Source: Botryllus schlosseri (lineage: Eukaryota). Taken from it: a DNA stretch of 64,000 nucleotides. Below are positions 25,759 to 38,700 of this stretch, in pieces (positions within the stretch are counted from its first letter, which is position 1; each line of letters opens with the position of its first letter). The notes under the pieces were generated by a model, which saw only the letters and a program-made list of their open reading frames with translations, was not told the origin of the DNA and did not search any database. The position numbers were made by a program, and so were the translations under genes. The stretch lies in NCBI GenBank assembly GCA_051294905.1, contig CM119372.1:37326001-37390000 (forward strand), read 5' to 3'.

Positions 25759-26728
25759 CATTAGTCAGTATTTAGAGAATCCTTTTGAAATACATCTCAA
25801 AGCGGTGCGAAGACGAAAAACATACGACAATATTACCGATTAGGCCTATATGAAAATAATTGTCGCAATGCTATGTATGATCACCGTGACGTGTTGGCTG
25901 TAGTTTCCCATATATAAGGAAACCGAGTGAACACAACATAAACGTTTGAAAAGTTTTGCATTAAAATTTAATGTTTCGAAATACAATTTCCGAAACTATG
26001 TTATCGGTAATAGAAGACGTTTGAAACTTTAATGCGCTTTTACTCCGGCGACGATTTTTTTACGGTTGAGGTGATTGGTTGCACCGAGTCTGCAGGATAC
26101 CATAAAACGCCTTTTGATGAGGTTAGCCGGCAGCAAATTCATTAAGGCAAAAGTAGTTTGTTTGCATTTGACTATCCGTGCTTGATTAACATTAACTAAG
26201 GCCGAGAGGATGTAGGCCATGTTGATACGAGGTTATCAAATGATTCACACCGCTAGAATGCTCAGAATCGTCACAACTGCGTTATCAGAGGTTAATCTCG
26301 ACATCACAATATCCAGACGAGTTCGTAGCAGGACGTTATAACGGTATGTCGTTATTTAATTATCATTCATGCAATATTCTGATTTCAAATTGCACCGATT
26401 TTGCAATTTCTTTCACGCTGCGAATATATCTGCAAAACTTTTGAGGATACTTTATGATTTGTTTTGGCAGTCAGGCAAACTAAGACCTGCTTTGTATGCT
26501 CTATTAGTGTGTTATTTTAGAAACAGGCTGGGTAATGTTGCGAACAATTAGCTCAGCGTGTCATTGATAAACCGAATCGAACGTCAGCAGCTGACAATTC
26601 ACTTCCAACATGTGGTTCTGGATATGAGGCCCTATCATCAGTAAAATATTCTCTTATAAAAAATTAGCCTACGTAACTATGCGTGGCCGTTGTGTATTGC
26701 GTATTGAGATGTAAGTGTTCCTAAGGAG

Positions 26729-27745
26729 CAGTGCTTCCCGATCGTTTTATAGCCGCGACCAAATTTCCGATTTGGATATGTTCCCCGGCCGGGTCGACCT
26801 CCTAATCTAGTCAGCCGATTACTAAACAAGTTCAGAACTATGGCTCATATAGCCGCAATGGAATCAAAGTAGCTTATGTCCAGTTTTTAAATTTTGGTGG
26901 TTTATCTTTAAAACTTGAAAAAAGAATCAAGTCTTTGATAATTACTCATTTTTTTCGATTATATCTAGCCCATGTTTATGTTCATCTCATTGTTTCAAAG
27001 TTAACCATCGCCAAGATATGGGTGAGAGAATATATAGATAACTAACCTACAGATAGATACGCAACACCCGTCGTCACGCTTGCTTGCCCGGAGGAAATTA
27101 CTGCTCAGCAATCTGAACGCAACATAATTGCTAATCCCATAGCTGACGACCCGCGCGCTTAAATTGAATAAAGTTGTTCTTATTTGAAAGCTACTGTCGC
27201 ACTGATTCCGAAAATATACAATAAAATCTAATCAGGGCAATGGATCCCCTTGAAATACACCTCAAAGTCCGGAAATCGGCATTGTTCTGAACAATCGCAA
27301 TCACGCAAGGGTCATTGTTATGGTCATTGTGTTGCGTCGCCGCTATTGTTTAGAACAATGCCGATTTTCAGACTTTGAGGTGTATTTCAAGGGGATTCCA
27401 TTGCCCTGATTAGATTTTAATGTATATTTCCGGAATCAGTGCGACAGTAGCTTTCAAATAGGACCAACTTTATTGAATTTAAGCGGGTGGGTCTTCAGCT
27501 ATGGGATTAGCAATTATGTTGGGTTCAGATTGCTGAGCAGTAATTTCCTCCGGGCAAGCAAGCGTGACGACGGGTGTTGCGTATCTATCCGTAGGTTAGT
27601 TATCTATAGAGAATATGACAAATTTACGTAAAGGTAATTTTCTCGAAGTATGTAAAATGGACATATGGTACTTTGATTTCACCGCGGCGATATCCTGCTC
27701 ACGGCCAATTTGGGAAGCGGATTACGCCTATGTTGAAAACCACTG
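26729..27745. mobile_element. hAT MITE hosting the 27034-27607 palindrome
   Basis: Ends cagtgcttccc and gttgaaaaccactg; degenerate TSD ctaaggag/ctatagag. Confidence 0.55.
27034..27607. mobile_element. Foldback / Mutator-like palindromic element (574 bp, arms about 262 bp)
   Basis: Near-perfect inverted repeat atagataactaacctac...gtaggttagttatctat; 9-bp flanking duplication agagaatat. Confidence 0.88.
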
Positions 27746-28088
27746 CTATAGAGAGATCATCGCTCAGGTTTCCTCGTATTTTAGCTTCTATAAAATGCGC
27801 GATTCTTTCAGGGAAACTTAGTGCCGATGCATATTATATATTGTCATTGAATATTCAATTAGGTGAACGCATGATGGAAAGTAATAACAGGAATAACGAT
27901 ATTTGCAGCAATCACTTCCAATGGCCAGTACCAAAAATGGTAACTGTGGCGAAATCCCGTACGAAACAATAATACTCGTTTCGCGATCACATAATGCAAT
28001 TTTCATGAGCATGTCCGGCAATTTTCAGCTTTTCATGCTTCATTTTAAATGCCTCAACACCGTGACCATCGATTACGAGCAGCTAAGA

Positions 28089-29214
28089 CAGTGGTTCTCA
28101 ACCGGTGTGCCGCGGCACACTAGTGTGCCATTTACGTCTCGCAGGTGTGCCGCGAGCGATTTCTTCAGAACTTTGAAATTATGCGCAAAATAATTCTAGT
28201 CTATAGCAAACGACCAATCATGTAAATCGAGCTTTATGTGAAGTTTGTACATTTGACAAATCAAAATTGATATTATACCCGCAATCAATATCCCCTCGAA
28301 TTCGCTTTACCGGGCAGATCGCGTGCCTTGCAGGCTGAATTTAGTTTTACACAATACGTGATTGATCGCACGCAGAGTAGAACAGACAAGGCGGCGAATT
28401 TCGAATTTCAAGCATGCTAATCCACATTGTGATTATTAGGTATCGTGCCGGCACTTCGGTTAAAATGTAGACTTGCAGCACAACGTTGTGTTACTGTCTG
28501 TCAATGAATATGAGAATTAAGAAGTAATGTTGATCAAATTATATCAATTAACAAACCTCTTCGCCGTCGAGGTTATAATCTTGGTTTGTTGGAGCTATAA
28601 TTGAACTGCGGTTGGCTGCCATCAGAACTATTGAGGTATGGCTATCCTCACGCGTGGTACAAGATCTGCGTGAAAATGCATTGTAGCCTGGTATAGCCTA
28701 CACCTCCACGACTCAGTATTCGCTAGCGGCGATGGTGCTTGACCTCTTCGACGCAATGCGGCAGTGGGCATATTTATTGGAAAACAAATCGTATGAAATC
28801 GTATCTAAGGGCAGCCCGAAGTTTCTGTGAAGTCGTATATCAAAATCACCCCTTTTACCTTCGTCTGAATACGCCCTGTTTGTCGTCATCACGAAGCAAC
28901 AATATTCTGGCCTGAGGAACACGACGATTTTCTATCGCGGCGTAGTAAGCTATATAAAGGACGCTTCGCGTAAAAGGTTACTTTTAGAATTATTTAAAGA
29001 TATAAGTTTATGTTAAAAAAGGAAGTACAGAAACATTTTGGATTGACTGCAGAGGTGGTCACATTAGTCGGCGTTACTACTGGGTGCTAGTAAGTAGTCT
29101 GATAGTTGGCAAGTGCCGTAAGCCAAAAAAGTTCAGAACCACTGTGATGGTGTGCCGCGAACTATTTTTCGTTTCCAAAGGGTGTCACGTGGTCAAAAAG
29201 GTTGAGAACCACTG
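28089..29214. mobile_element. hAT MITE
   Basis: Perfect TIR cagtggttctcaacc/ggttgagaaccactg; gtgtgccgcg subterminal motifs; TSD agctaaga/tgctaaga. Confidence 0.85.
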
Positions 29215-29964
29215 TGCTAAGACAACACAAGTCTAATAGAAGATACTGATTACGAGATGCAGAACAAATAGCGACACTAATTTATCCAGTAGTTCTAGGT
29301 GACTGACAGCGGTGGGGAATTTGCATCAAGCATGCAACTCGAATGGAATACTTCAGGAATGTATTTAGCGATAATGGATACAGGAATATTATAGGCGACA
29401 GATCGCGTGTTCAAGTAACAGATGGAAACGATACTGTATTATTCAGATATTAGGAGTGTAATTTGACTACTATAAAAGATTACGGCTGTATAATCTAGAC
29501 CACTTCAGATAGTACGGCGAACGATAGGTAACGTAGATGGCTTACAAACACTGCATTTTAGATGTACTCTACAAGTGGGGAATCGAATCAATTAGCAGAC
29601 TACAAATGAAGACAAGGACCATAATAGACCTTGTCCGATCTCAAGACAAGCAATGGCATTGGAATTTTCCTAACTCTACTCTTGTATCGATTTGACCGCG
29701 TGATAACGAAGTCATCACTCTGTGTTTATTTTTGTTGAGCAGTTGACTCATACTATAAGCTAGTCATTATTAAGTGGTAAGTAGGCGTTATGTGCGTCTT
29801 CAACTGCTGAATTTCCAAATTCGACTCCCGTGTTCCCAGAACACTATCAATAAATTTGCAAGATCATATTTGCTATTTGGCTAACTGCTGAGTAAAATTC
29901 GTGTTCCGGAATAGCTTTTGTCACTATCTTCGTGTATACGTCATGAAGCAATCAAAATTAAAAT

Positions 29965-30282
29965 GGTTTCATACAAATACCGAAAGTACCGTTACCGAGA
30001 ATGGACATTACTGAGAATGGACAATACAGAGAATGGGCCTGACCGAGAATGGACAATACCGAGAATCTAACTTATTGAAACGGGCGTTGTCAAGAAATTT
30101 ATACCTGAGAATCGACACCGAATGTGACACATATACGCGATCTGTACATATGCATAGCATGCCTGTATTTCATACATAGCATTCCCGGTGATGTCCATTC
30201 TCGGCGGTGTCCATTCTCGATAACGTCCATTCTCGGTGGTGTCTATTCTCAGTAATGGTTTTCTTGGTATTGACCGGACACC
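29965..30282. mobile_element. Mutator-like MITE with tandem 17-bp units in both TIRs
   Basis: (ccgagaatggacaata)-like units on the left and their complements (tgtccattctcgg) on the right; GG...CC ends; 9-bp TSD aattaaaat/aattaaaac. Confidence 0.7.
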
Positions 30283-33200
30283 AATTAAAACCTGGGCCTT
30301 CCAATCTGGGTGTTGCGCAAAGAATTTCGTGATGTTGTACGTTATATCACATAACGCATACAAGTGAATTCTGCACATTACAATTGCACTATAAAACTAT
30401 AGATCAATCCGTCGTACTGTTCAGCAATAATAACATGAAATGCAAATTCAATGTCCGGTCACAGATTCCGTCCAGTCGATTATGACTGTGATTGTTTAAA
30501 CAATAAAAATATTATTATACTAACGTAATCTTGCGTTGCAATTAGACTCAAATTTTCAATTTTTCGCTGTACAATTTCATCATTGGTAAATATAGTTGAA
30601 ATTGGATTCGTGAAGATCAAAAATATTTGGTGTGAACGTTCGACGTTCAACATGTACTATATAGCTTACATGAATATTGGGTGCCAATTGATCAGACAAC
30701 GGAGACTTTTTACGGGAATAGCGAACTGATTATAATGTGGGCAAACCCGACATATTTCATTTACTTGACCAATCTTTACTCTGACATTACTAATCAATCG
30801 AATGAGAAATAATATGTCTCGTTATTATTTCCAAAACCCTTTTTGTATATGCAGCTATCAAGCATTTGATAAAAGAGTGCGGCTCTCGTGTGCACGTAGC
30901 AATTATTATCTTGTACGTATACGTTTAGCGTGCCCGTACTTTCTTTTCCAACCAGTAACCAGAACAAGCAACAGTAATCGAATCAATTAAAGAATAGTCT
31001 GACAACAACGATAGTAAACATACAGCAGTCAATGTTGAAATAGCGTAGAGAGCTGAATTCCAACTGGCACATTATAAATGCATTATTACATCAATAAATA
31101 CGAGATCGGATTGAATGTTTTACCGACATCATTCTCGACTCGATGCAACAACATTTCACAGTTTAGTTTTATTTCGCTCTGTTAATCCTAATATTCGTGA
31201 CTGCTGGTCGCAAGAAAGTTTAGGAAAATAAAAAGAGACTGAGCAAAGAGTTTGCGAAGCTTTACTCCGAACGGTACCGTGATCGAGGTTGCATTTAAAA
31301 ATAATCCATTCAGAATGAATATGTTTAAAACATGACCCATGTTTAAAACATGTGTTTTATTGTCCGTACCAAGACGTCACGAATTGGCATTGACAATCGA
31401 AAGTATAGGTAAATATGACTCCTTTATCGAGAAGGCACCCGACCACTGTCTTAAATGGACCGGAACCCATCTAGGACCATGACTACACTGTAATGTCGCA
31501 TTTTGACGATCGGGGTCATCATCATCAGAGCATCCTTTCCCACACCAATGATCTAAAAATACGTGGTATACCTATTGCACCGACGACAATTTCGATGGTT
31601 TCAACCATTCTATATCATGTTCTTCGACCATGTCGAGTGCAAGTCGTCCGTAGACTCATACTAAGTGTTTTTTCGAAAGTATTTACACATATATGGCATA
31701 ATTATAAATCTTTTGTTTGAAAACAGAATTTCGTTCTTTTCGAAATGATGTTTTTTTTTAAAACATAGTCTGAAACAGTAGTTCCCAACCTTTTTCGACT
31801 CATCGCCCCCTTATAAAGCTTGACACAAATGCCCTCCCCGCCCCACCTATTTATGGTTCTAAAAAATAGGACATACAAACGGGAGATTTATTCACCTAAC
31901 TCTGATTGCCGGTGAATTGACCAAATAAAAAGGTCATTTTCCGAGTAGGAGCTCGAAAAACCGTTTTCGCAAGAAAAACAAAATTTAAAAACTGAAATCA
32001 GTTCCAGCATTTCAAAATACTTTACCAAGCGTTCTTCCGAAATCTCAAATCAGGTTTGGGACAGCAAAATATGACCTCGCGAGCCGCGTGTTGGTGACCC
32101 CTGGTTAGGGTTACCATATATTGGGAATCTGAAAAGAGGACTCTTTTTCAAAATTTTCAAACTTGCAAGACCGGTTCTCAAAAAAGCGGACAAAATCCGA
32201 AAAAAGAGGACTAACGGGCTTCTTCCGGGGAGACTTTCCTATTACAAATCCTATTAAAAGAGGACGCATGGAACCCTACCCCTGGCATAATCCATTAAAT
32301 GGGAAATAGGTCAGCTGATGAAACTGCATCCCAACTTATGAAGCTGAAGAAAAATATTTCAGTGTCCAACTCGTACACCTCCAGATGAAGCTTGTTTTAA
32401 ATTGAGATACCAGGATGCACGCAACAGGTCATTGCGAAGCACAGTTGTGATACCCGTTCTCTGGCTTCATATGTCACATGGGGCTCATTTCATAGTTATC
32501 ATTCGAAGGAATGTACATACGATCGCGTTGATTCGTACGGTTGGCTTTTGAGCATACTGACCTATGCGATGTTTCGCGGGATACATATGTATCTCGTAAA
32601 AAGCCATCGCGTATACATCGCTACGTGCACTCTTTAATAGGTAATTCGACTATGGAACATTGAGTTCGATGTTTATAGCAGCTTTGTAACTATTCGTGAC
32701 TCATCATAGTGTCATAGACAATCATAAATTTTTTTTGGCAAACTACCTACATTTTAAACGTAGCATATTGTTAAGTAAAACTTGGTTTTATTAAAGTTTT
32801 TGCATCACTTTTATGAGTGTAATTGTATAAAAGAAGTGTGTCTGATAGGCCATATATCACGGTAACAGAATTTATTTGGGTAATGGCATGTACTTGCAGT
32901 GTTAATATTAGTTCCGAATTTGTCGCGACGATGCATCTTTCAATTTCAATAGAGGCCACATCCGACAATCCGCTGAAATTCGACGACCCTCGACAAATTC
33001 TACTCTTTTGAAAACCTTTACTCGACTGCTTTTAAGTTTATAATTCCACTCAAAGTGGTTTTAACAGGTCTTTGAAATCGCTACTTTTATTTGTAAATGA
33101 GTAGATATTCACGACCTTACTTCTGCGTCTATCTGAGAAACAATTATGACTGCTTTGATCGCATCTGGAAACGGGTGTGTGGTTTATGTGAGCATGCAGA

Positions 33201-33873
33201 TAGCGCCATGTGGTAGCATGCGGGATTTTACTTTTTTTACTTGAGAATGATGGATTAGGGTTTGGGTTTGTTGGGTTATAGATAACATGCTAAAGTTTAG
33301 TATTATGCGTGAGCAACGAAATCCCAATTATCTTTTTTACTGTGTTGCATGGTCAAATGATAGGCTTCAATATAAAAGACCACTTTTCCGATGAGTGGTT
33401 AAACTGTACAAAGCGTGTGGTTGATATATCGATTGCATAACGTTGCTCGTATTGTTCCATTTCTGAGTGTTCCAATGTATACCATTTTAGTTTGCATTCG
33501 AACAACGGATCACAAACATTTTCATCATCCTTTATAGAAAGCGCGAGTAATCGAGGGTCGTGACACCAGTCACGATACTGTGACTCGGAGGGATAAAAAA
33601 AAATACACGGCACCGCGATTTTTCATCAACAGAACAACAATCGTGTTATAATGTATAATATTCAGTTTATAATCTATGACGTCCTTGTAATCGAGCCTAT
33701 CCGATATCAATACAAGGTATTTATCACTACAAAACAAAAGGCCCCTCAATATGGATAGAATACTAGGTTGATAAACTTATGCCATTATGCTGTCATACAA
33801 CTTTAAACACATGTACAGTACATACAGTCACTGCGTGCCACTTGAATGACGGTTACGTTGCATGCTCCTATAA

Positions 33874-35294
33874 CACTGGTCAACAAAATAAAAATAAAAA
33901 ATTTGGCAGATCATCTAGGAGTCGATTCTAGGGTTATCAATCACATTAGTTTTGCCAGGTTGACTCTAGTTTAAAAAATACGTAGCCTATACCCATAGAA
34001 AAGCCCAAATTACCGAAGAGAACTCAAATATTTCACTAGGTAGGAAGTAAATCGAAGCTTTTTCCACTTTTGTACTGCGCATAAATAGATAATGTCCTAT
34101 AAAGAACCCTGATGTTGTCCTCATTTACTCAATCAATGTTAACATGACCCGATGCGAGATCTTGGTTTGTCAAAAAAGAAGTTTGTCAAACTTCAAAATT
34201 ACACTTTTGCCCAACGAAAATATATTTTCTCCTTTATCAAGTGTTCATTTTACCAAGATGAAAGAGGGTTATTAAGATGTCAAATTAGTCCTTGAAAAGC
34301 TTAACCACAATACTCATGTGCATATCATCTCTTTCAACTTGTAAATGTACAATTTTCTGCTGTGCGAAAACAAAGTGGGTATACCTAGTTTTCCTAATAA
34401 AGCTGATATGTTTGATGGACCTCAGATTTGAATACGGATGAAAGATTCCAATTTCATATTATGAAAGGAGATCAATGAATGGAATTACTTCTAGTATGTA
34501 CTAAATAAAACTTTTTGGAAGATCACAAAGCACCCATAGCTACATACAGTGGGTCCGAAAATTAATATCTGCATAACGAAAACTTAGAGCAAATATGACC
34601 ATCAAAGTTAACTCCCTGTTCACTGTTCAGTCATCTTGATATATTTCGTGATCATTTTGTTGATTCGAGTGAAGAGCAAGAGAAAAGGTTCAACCAGAAC
34701 ACCAGAAGAAAGATATCAGGGTAGATGAGAGGAACATAACCGGGCAGAATATTGCTTGAACCTTCCGAGAGACTGCACTAAATTGCTTACAAGCGAAAAT
34801 CGTATGGGAAACAATTTTGTATCAAGATAAATTGGTAAAAATTTATTTCAACTGATTATTTTGAATTAACAGTAGATGGTTGAGATAAAACTGATTGAAT
34901 TGAGACAACGTTATGTGAGTATTTAGGTAGATACTTATGCTTATGACTGGAGTTTATTTATGTATGTCCTTTCCGCGAAAGTCTCCGACTATGGTAAATC
35001 TAATAGCCCTAAATATAATGATGTTGCTGACTTCTGTAATTTTATTTAAAACAGTCTTCCGTGTGTGAAAATTACAAGTAGATTGAATTTCTGAACTATA
35101 TAATACGACTGAGCCGTTTTTTTATCCGGCCCATAGAGCGAAAATATGAGATTTTGGTTAAAATAACCCCTATTTGGTTATCTGCAAAAGCAGAGCCAAT
35201 TTGAAACAACTAAGGTCATGTTCGGAATCAGTAGCCTTCGTAACCCCAAATTCTACTATAACTTTGCCCGCCTAAAAATATGCGTTGACCAGTG
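33874..35294 (+). mobile_element. Chapaev3-like (CMC superfamily) DNA transposon relic
   Basis: Perfect 11-bp TIR CACTGGTCAAC/GTTGACCAGTG with TAA on both sides. Disrupted transposase C-terminus at about 34390-34820: FDGPQI*..MKD, LFSHLDIF, SEEQEKRFNQ, ERYQGR, AEYC, YKRKS. Confidence 0.82.
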
Positions 35295-35431
35295 TAATCT
35301 GTTTTCAAAATGAATTTATAATGTCTTCTGAAGATTTACTTGTGATACGGTGTATGCTATATGTTGAAATAAATTATTGGTGCATACAACCTGCAATATC
35401 ACGAAGCGTTACACAGTATAGCCCTAATACA

Positions 35432-35787
35432 ATGTCGTGGCAAGGATTTGCCTGGCGTTCGGCATTTTCACGGATATCACAAAAGTCGGAGGATGAAAAA
35501 AAGTTTCAAATCTTCGGAATCTTTCGAGAAATGCGAGACAATCTGTCATCAGACAGTAAAGACGCCCTACTTGATTTTATCGAAAAAGACATCGTGGGAA
35601 CTGACGCATCATTCGATGGGCCATTCGGAAAAAGAAAAATCGTATACTGCGACTACGTGGCATCGGCGAAAGCCATGCACTCGATCGAACAGTTCGTGAT
35701 GAAATGCGTGCTTCCCACCTATGCCAATACTCACACACTTTCGAACGTCACCGGGTCGCAGACAAGCTCGTTTCGGAGTGAATCCAA
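35432..35787 (+). CDS. Desulfurase-like gene exon 1
   Basis: ATG at 35432; MSWQGFAW...FDGPFGKRKIVYCDYVASAKAM...YANTHT; donor AA|gtaagt. The start codon is inferred. Confidence 0.85.
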
Positions 35788-38700
35788 GTAAGTTTGCGCG
35801 GGTGAGGGGAGGTCTAATTTCGTCAGGTCTAATTCCGGACGCACAAGATGGAGTTTCCACGATCTTCTAACTAAGCGTTTTCAAACTTTTCTCAACTGCG
35901 TACCATTTCAATTTCCAGGCGTGCATGACTTAGGCTACCCCTTGAACTGAATCCAAAGTTAACGTACGACTGTCTATAAACTCTATTTTAATGTTTGAAA
36001 GATATACCTCGGTCCAACTCTGAAATATCAACTTAACTTGGGCCATAATAATGGATACAATATATTTGCATTAAGTTTACTTAAAATAACACTGGCTTAA
36101 ATTCTGCTTCAAACACATATATATTATTTAGTCTCGGTGGCTTGGAAAAAGTGACCCTGGTCTGATCCAAGGTGGAATCAGTTTGTCATAAAAACGACTT
36201 CACATTGATCAGTGGCAGTCCCCTAAATTGTAGCCTGTTTATCACTGTGCACAAGCAATACAATCAAGATTCATTCGTATTCAAGGTTCATTGTTACCCA
36301 TACTATCCCTAATGACAGAGACATCATCCGCAATGCGGTGAGAGCAGACGAAGAGGACATATTGATTTTTACCGGATCCGGAGTCACCGGCGCAATCCAT
36401 AAGCTGATATCGGTTTTGGAGCTGACGCAACCGCCTGTGATATTTTGCGGTCCTTTCGAGCACCATTCCAATCTGTTACCGTGGAGAGAAATGAATGGGC
36501 ATGTCAGTATATTAGAATATGCGTGCACAGATGTATATATAGCTGCTGCTACAAATAATTCATGTCTTGATTGATGCGCTATGAATCGATTGCAAAGTTC
36601 CCCATAACCTATATTTCACACCAGCTTATATAGGCATACATATTCGATTTTGCAACCACTTAACATTACTTTGATAAAAGTTATAGTCCACAGACTATCC
36701 TCCCCCACCTTATATGTTGGTCTGTTTATATCCGTCGCAAATGAGAAATATACCCATTTATTTCATTTTATTCGGGCTACTCACACATTCCTCTTCTAGA
36801 TGGTGGACATGGCCGAATTTCCACCGTCGCGATATAGGGGAGATGTGGTACCGATGGATCAAAAATTGCAAAATGATCTCTAGCTCTCAAATCTTCAGCC
36901 GAGAATAGCAGATCTTTTGCTTTCTCAACACTTCGATGCAAGCTCTACCTAACGTGGACATTTACATGAATATCCGCCTTTTCAAAAAATATTTATAAGA
37001 GTTTAAAATTTGTTGCTTGAACGTGTCATCGGTCCCCACCCGGTGGGTCCAAATGCACACGACCATGGGACCTATGAGACATACGCTCAAAAACTCAAAT
37101 TTGTTAACTTGTTTCATTGTGTACTATAATCTAAGCTACATCAAGCCAATGAAAAATGTTTCGTCGCGACCTTCAAGAATACAATAGATTATATCAACTC
37201 AAATGTTGGCATAAAATCATGTTTTGATTTACGCACAAACTTATAAAATTAATGCCACATACATATTATCCGCAAATCGACATTTTGACTTTCAAATACC
37301 TCGTAATAGCGATAAAACACCACGGGTAACTAAGATTTATGGCTTATATATATATGTAGGCGAGTTTCTGCTGTTGAGTGATTAGTTGGTCCATCTATTT
37401 TGCTTGATTTGGCTATGGTACTATAGGTCCCCACCCCATAAATATTGAAATTTACTTGAAAATAGTCCACTCGAGGATGGTATTCATTCAAAAAATATGT
37501 GCCATTATATACCCTGATACAAGCCCTATACTTCACATCAAAAATTACGGCGGGTTTGTTAGTCTGAAAGGTGATATAGATAAATGAAAATGTCGATCCT
37601 AATTTACTTTACACCCCCTAAAACGTAAATCATTCGTCACAGACCCCATAACTCACGCAGGTCGTATTTTTTTGCATGTGAGGAAAGATTCTGTCAGCAT
37701 GTAATTGTAGACAAATTCACGGAGTGTAATCATGGAATTGTCATGGAGAATTTTTCAAGTATTTTCGGTCCCAGTGATCCATCGGTACCACATCTCCCCT
37801 ACATCTTGCACTATCCTGACGTATTTCCCATCCAATTGCTATCGCCACATTCAATAGCGCAGCTCATCTCCTGGCAAACTTTTCTAGATCCATGCACAGA
37901 GTCCAACTGCTTTAGTCTGTTAGCATGAGACTTGGTCAATGGCATAAGTGACGTTTTCTAATTAAACATATCAAAACGAATTTCCTGTAATATAATCCTA
38001 ATCTAATTTATGAAATGTTCCCATGCTCTGTTTAAATTTCCAATCTATTTTCTGTTTTTCCTGAAAATGTTGTATAACTGCTGTTTAGTGTGATACGAGT
38101 CAGTCTCAGTGTACAGACATTTGTCATTTTCGTGCTTATGAGAATTAAGAAATGAGATTTGATATGAAGCGAACTAGATATTCGTTGTGTTTCTTTTGCG
38201 AATCAAGTAGTTCTAATATATAATTTGGAAAAGAGGTATATATTTTAAATTCTTTCATATTGTTGACTACCTGAAAATTATATAGTTGTCGATCCATGCT
38301 CCGCATACCTTTACAAAAGCGGTCGATGAGCAACAATATCATCAGTAGTGTTTCTTATTGTATATTGGTATAGTTGTTCTATCTCGAAGGTGGTACATAT
38401 TGGAGAAGATGCTGACGGGAGGGTGGATATGAGACATCTGGAAATAGCGCTGAAAACGTGGCAAAAATCAGGTCGTCCGATGATCGGAACCTTTTCGGCA
38501 GCCTCGAATATCACAGGTACGTGGTCGCCATTCCTAATGTCCATTCATTGTCCGAAAACTGTAGAAATGGTTTCATCGTGCTGGACCAGGGATTCTTAAA
38601 CTAGGGTTGCCATACGTCCGGAATCTCCCGGACATATCCGGAATTTCACTGTTAAAACTGCGTCCGGGAGGAATTTATAAAATATGCCTAAATGTCCGAA

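Noticed and set aside
29990..30260. CRISPR-like spaced repeats
   Set aside because: Units are about 17 bp with no unique spacers, are arranged as inverted arms, sit in eukaryotic DNA and have no cas genes nearby.
35285..35431. N-terminal extension of the 168-aa ORF in the track
   Set aside because: It starts at a TTG inside the transposon TIR and has non-coding composition. ATG 35432 is preferred, though the in-frame upstream ATGs are not formally excluded.
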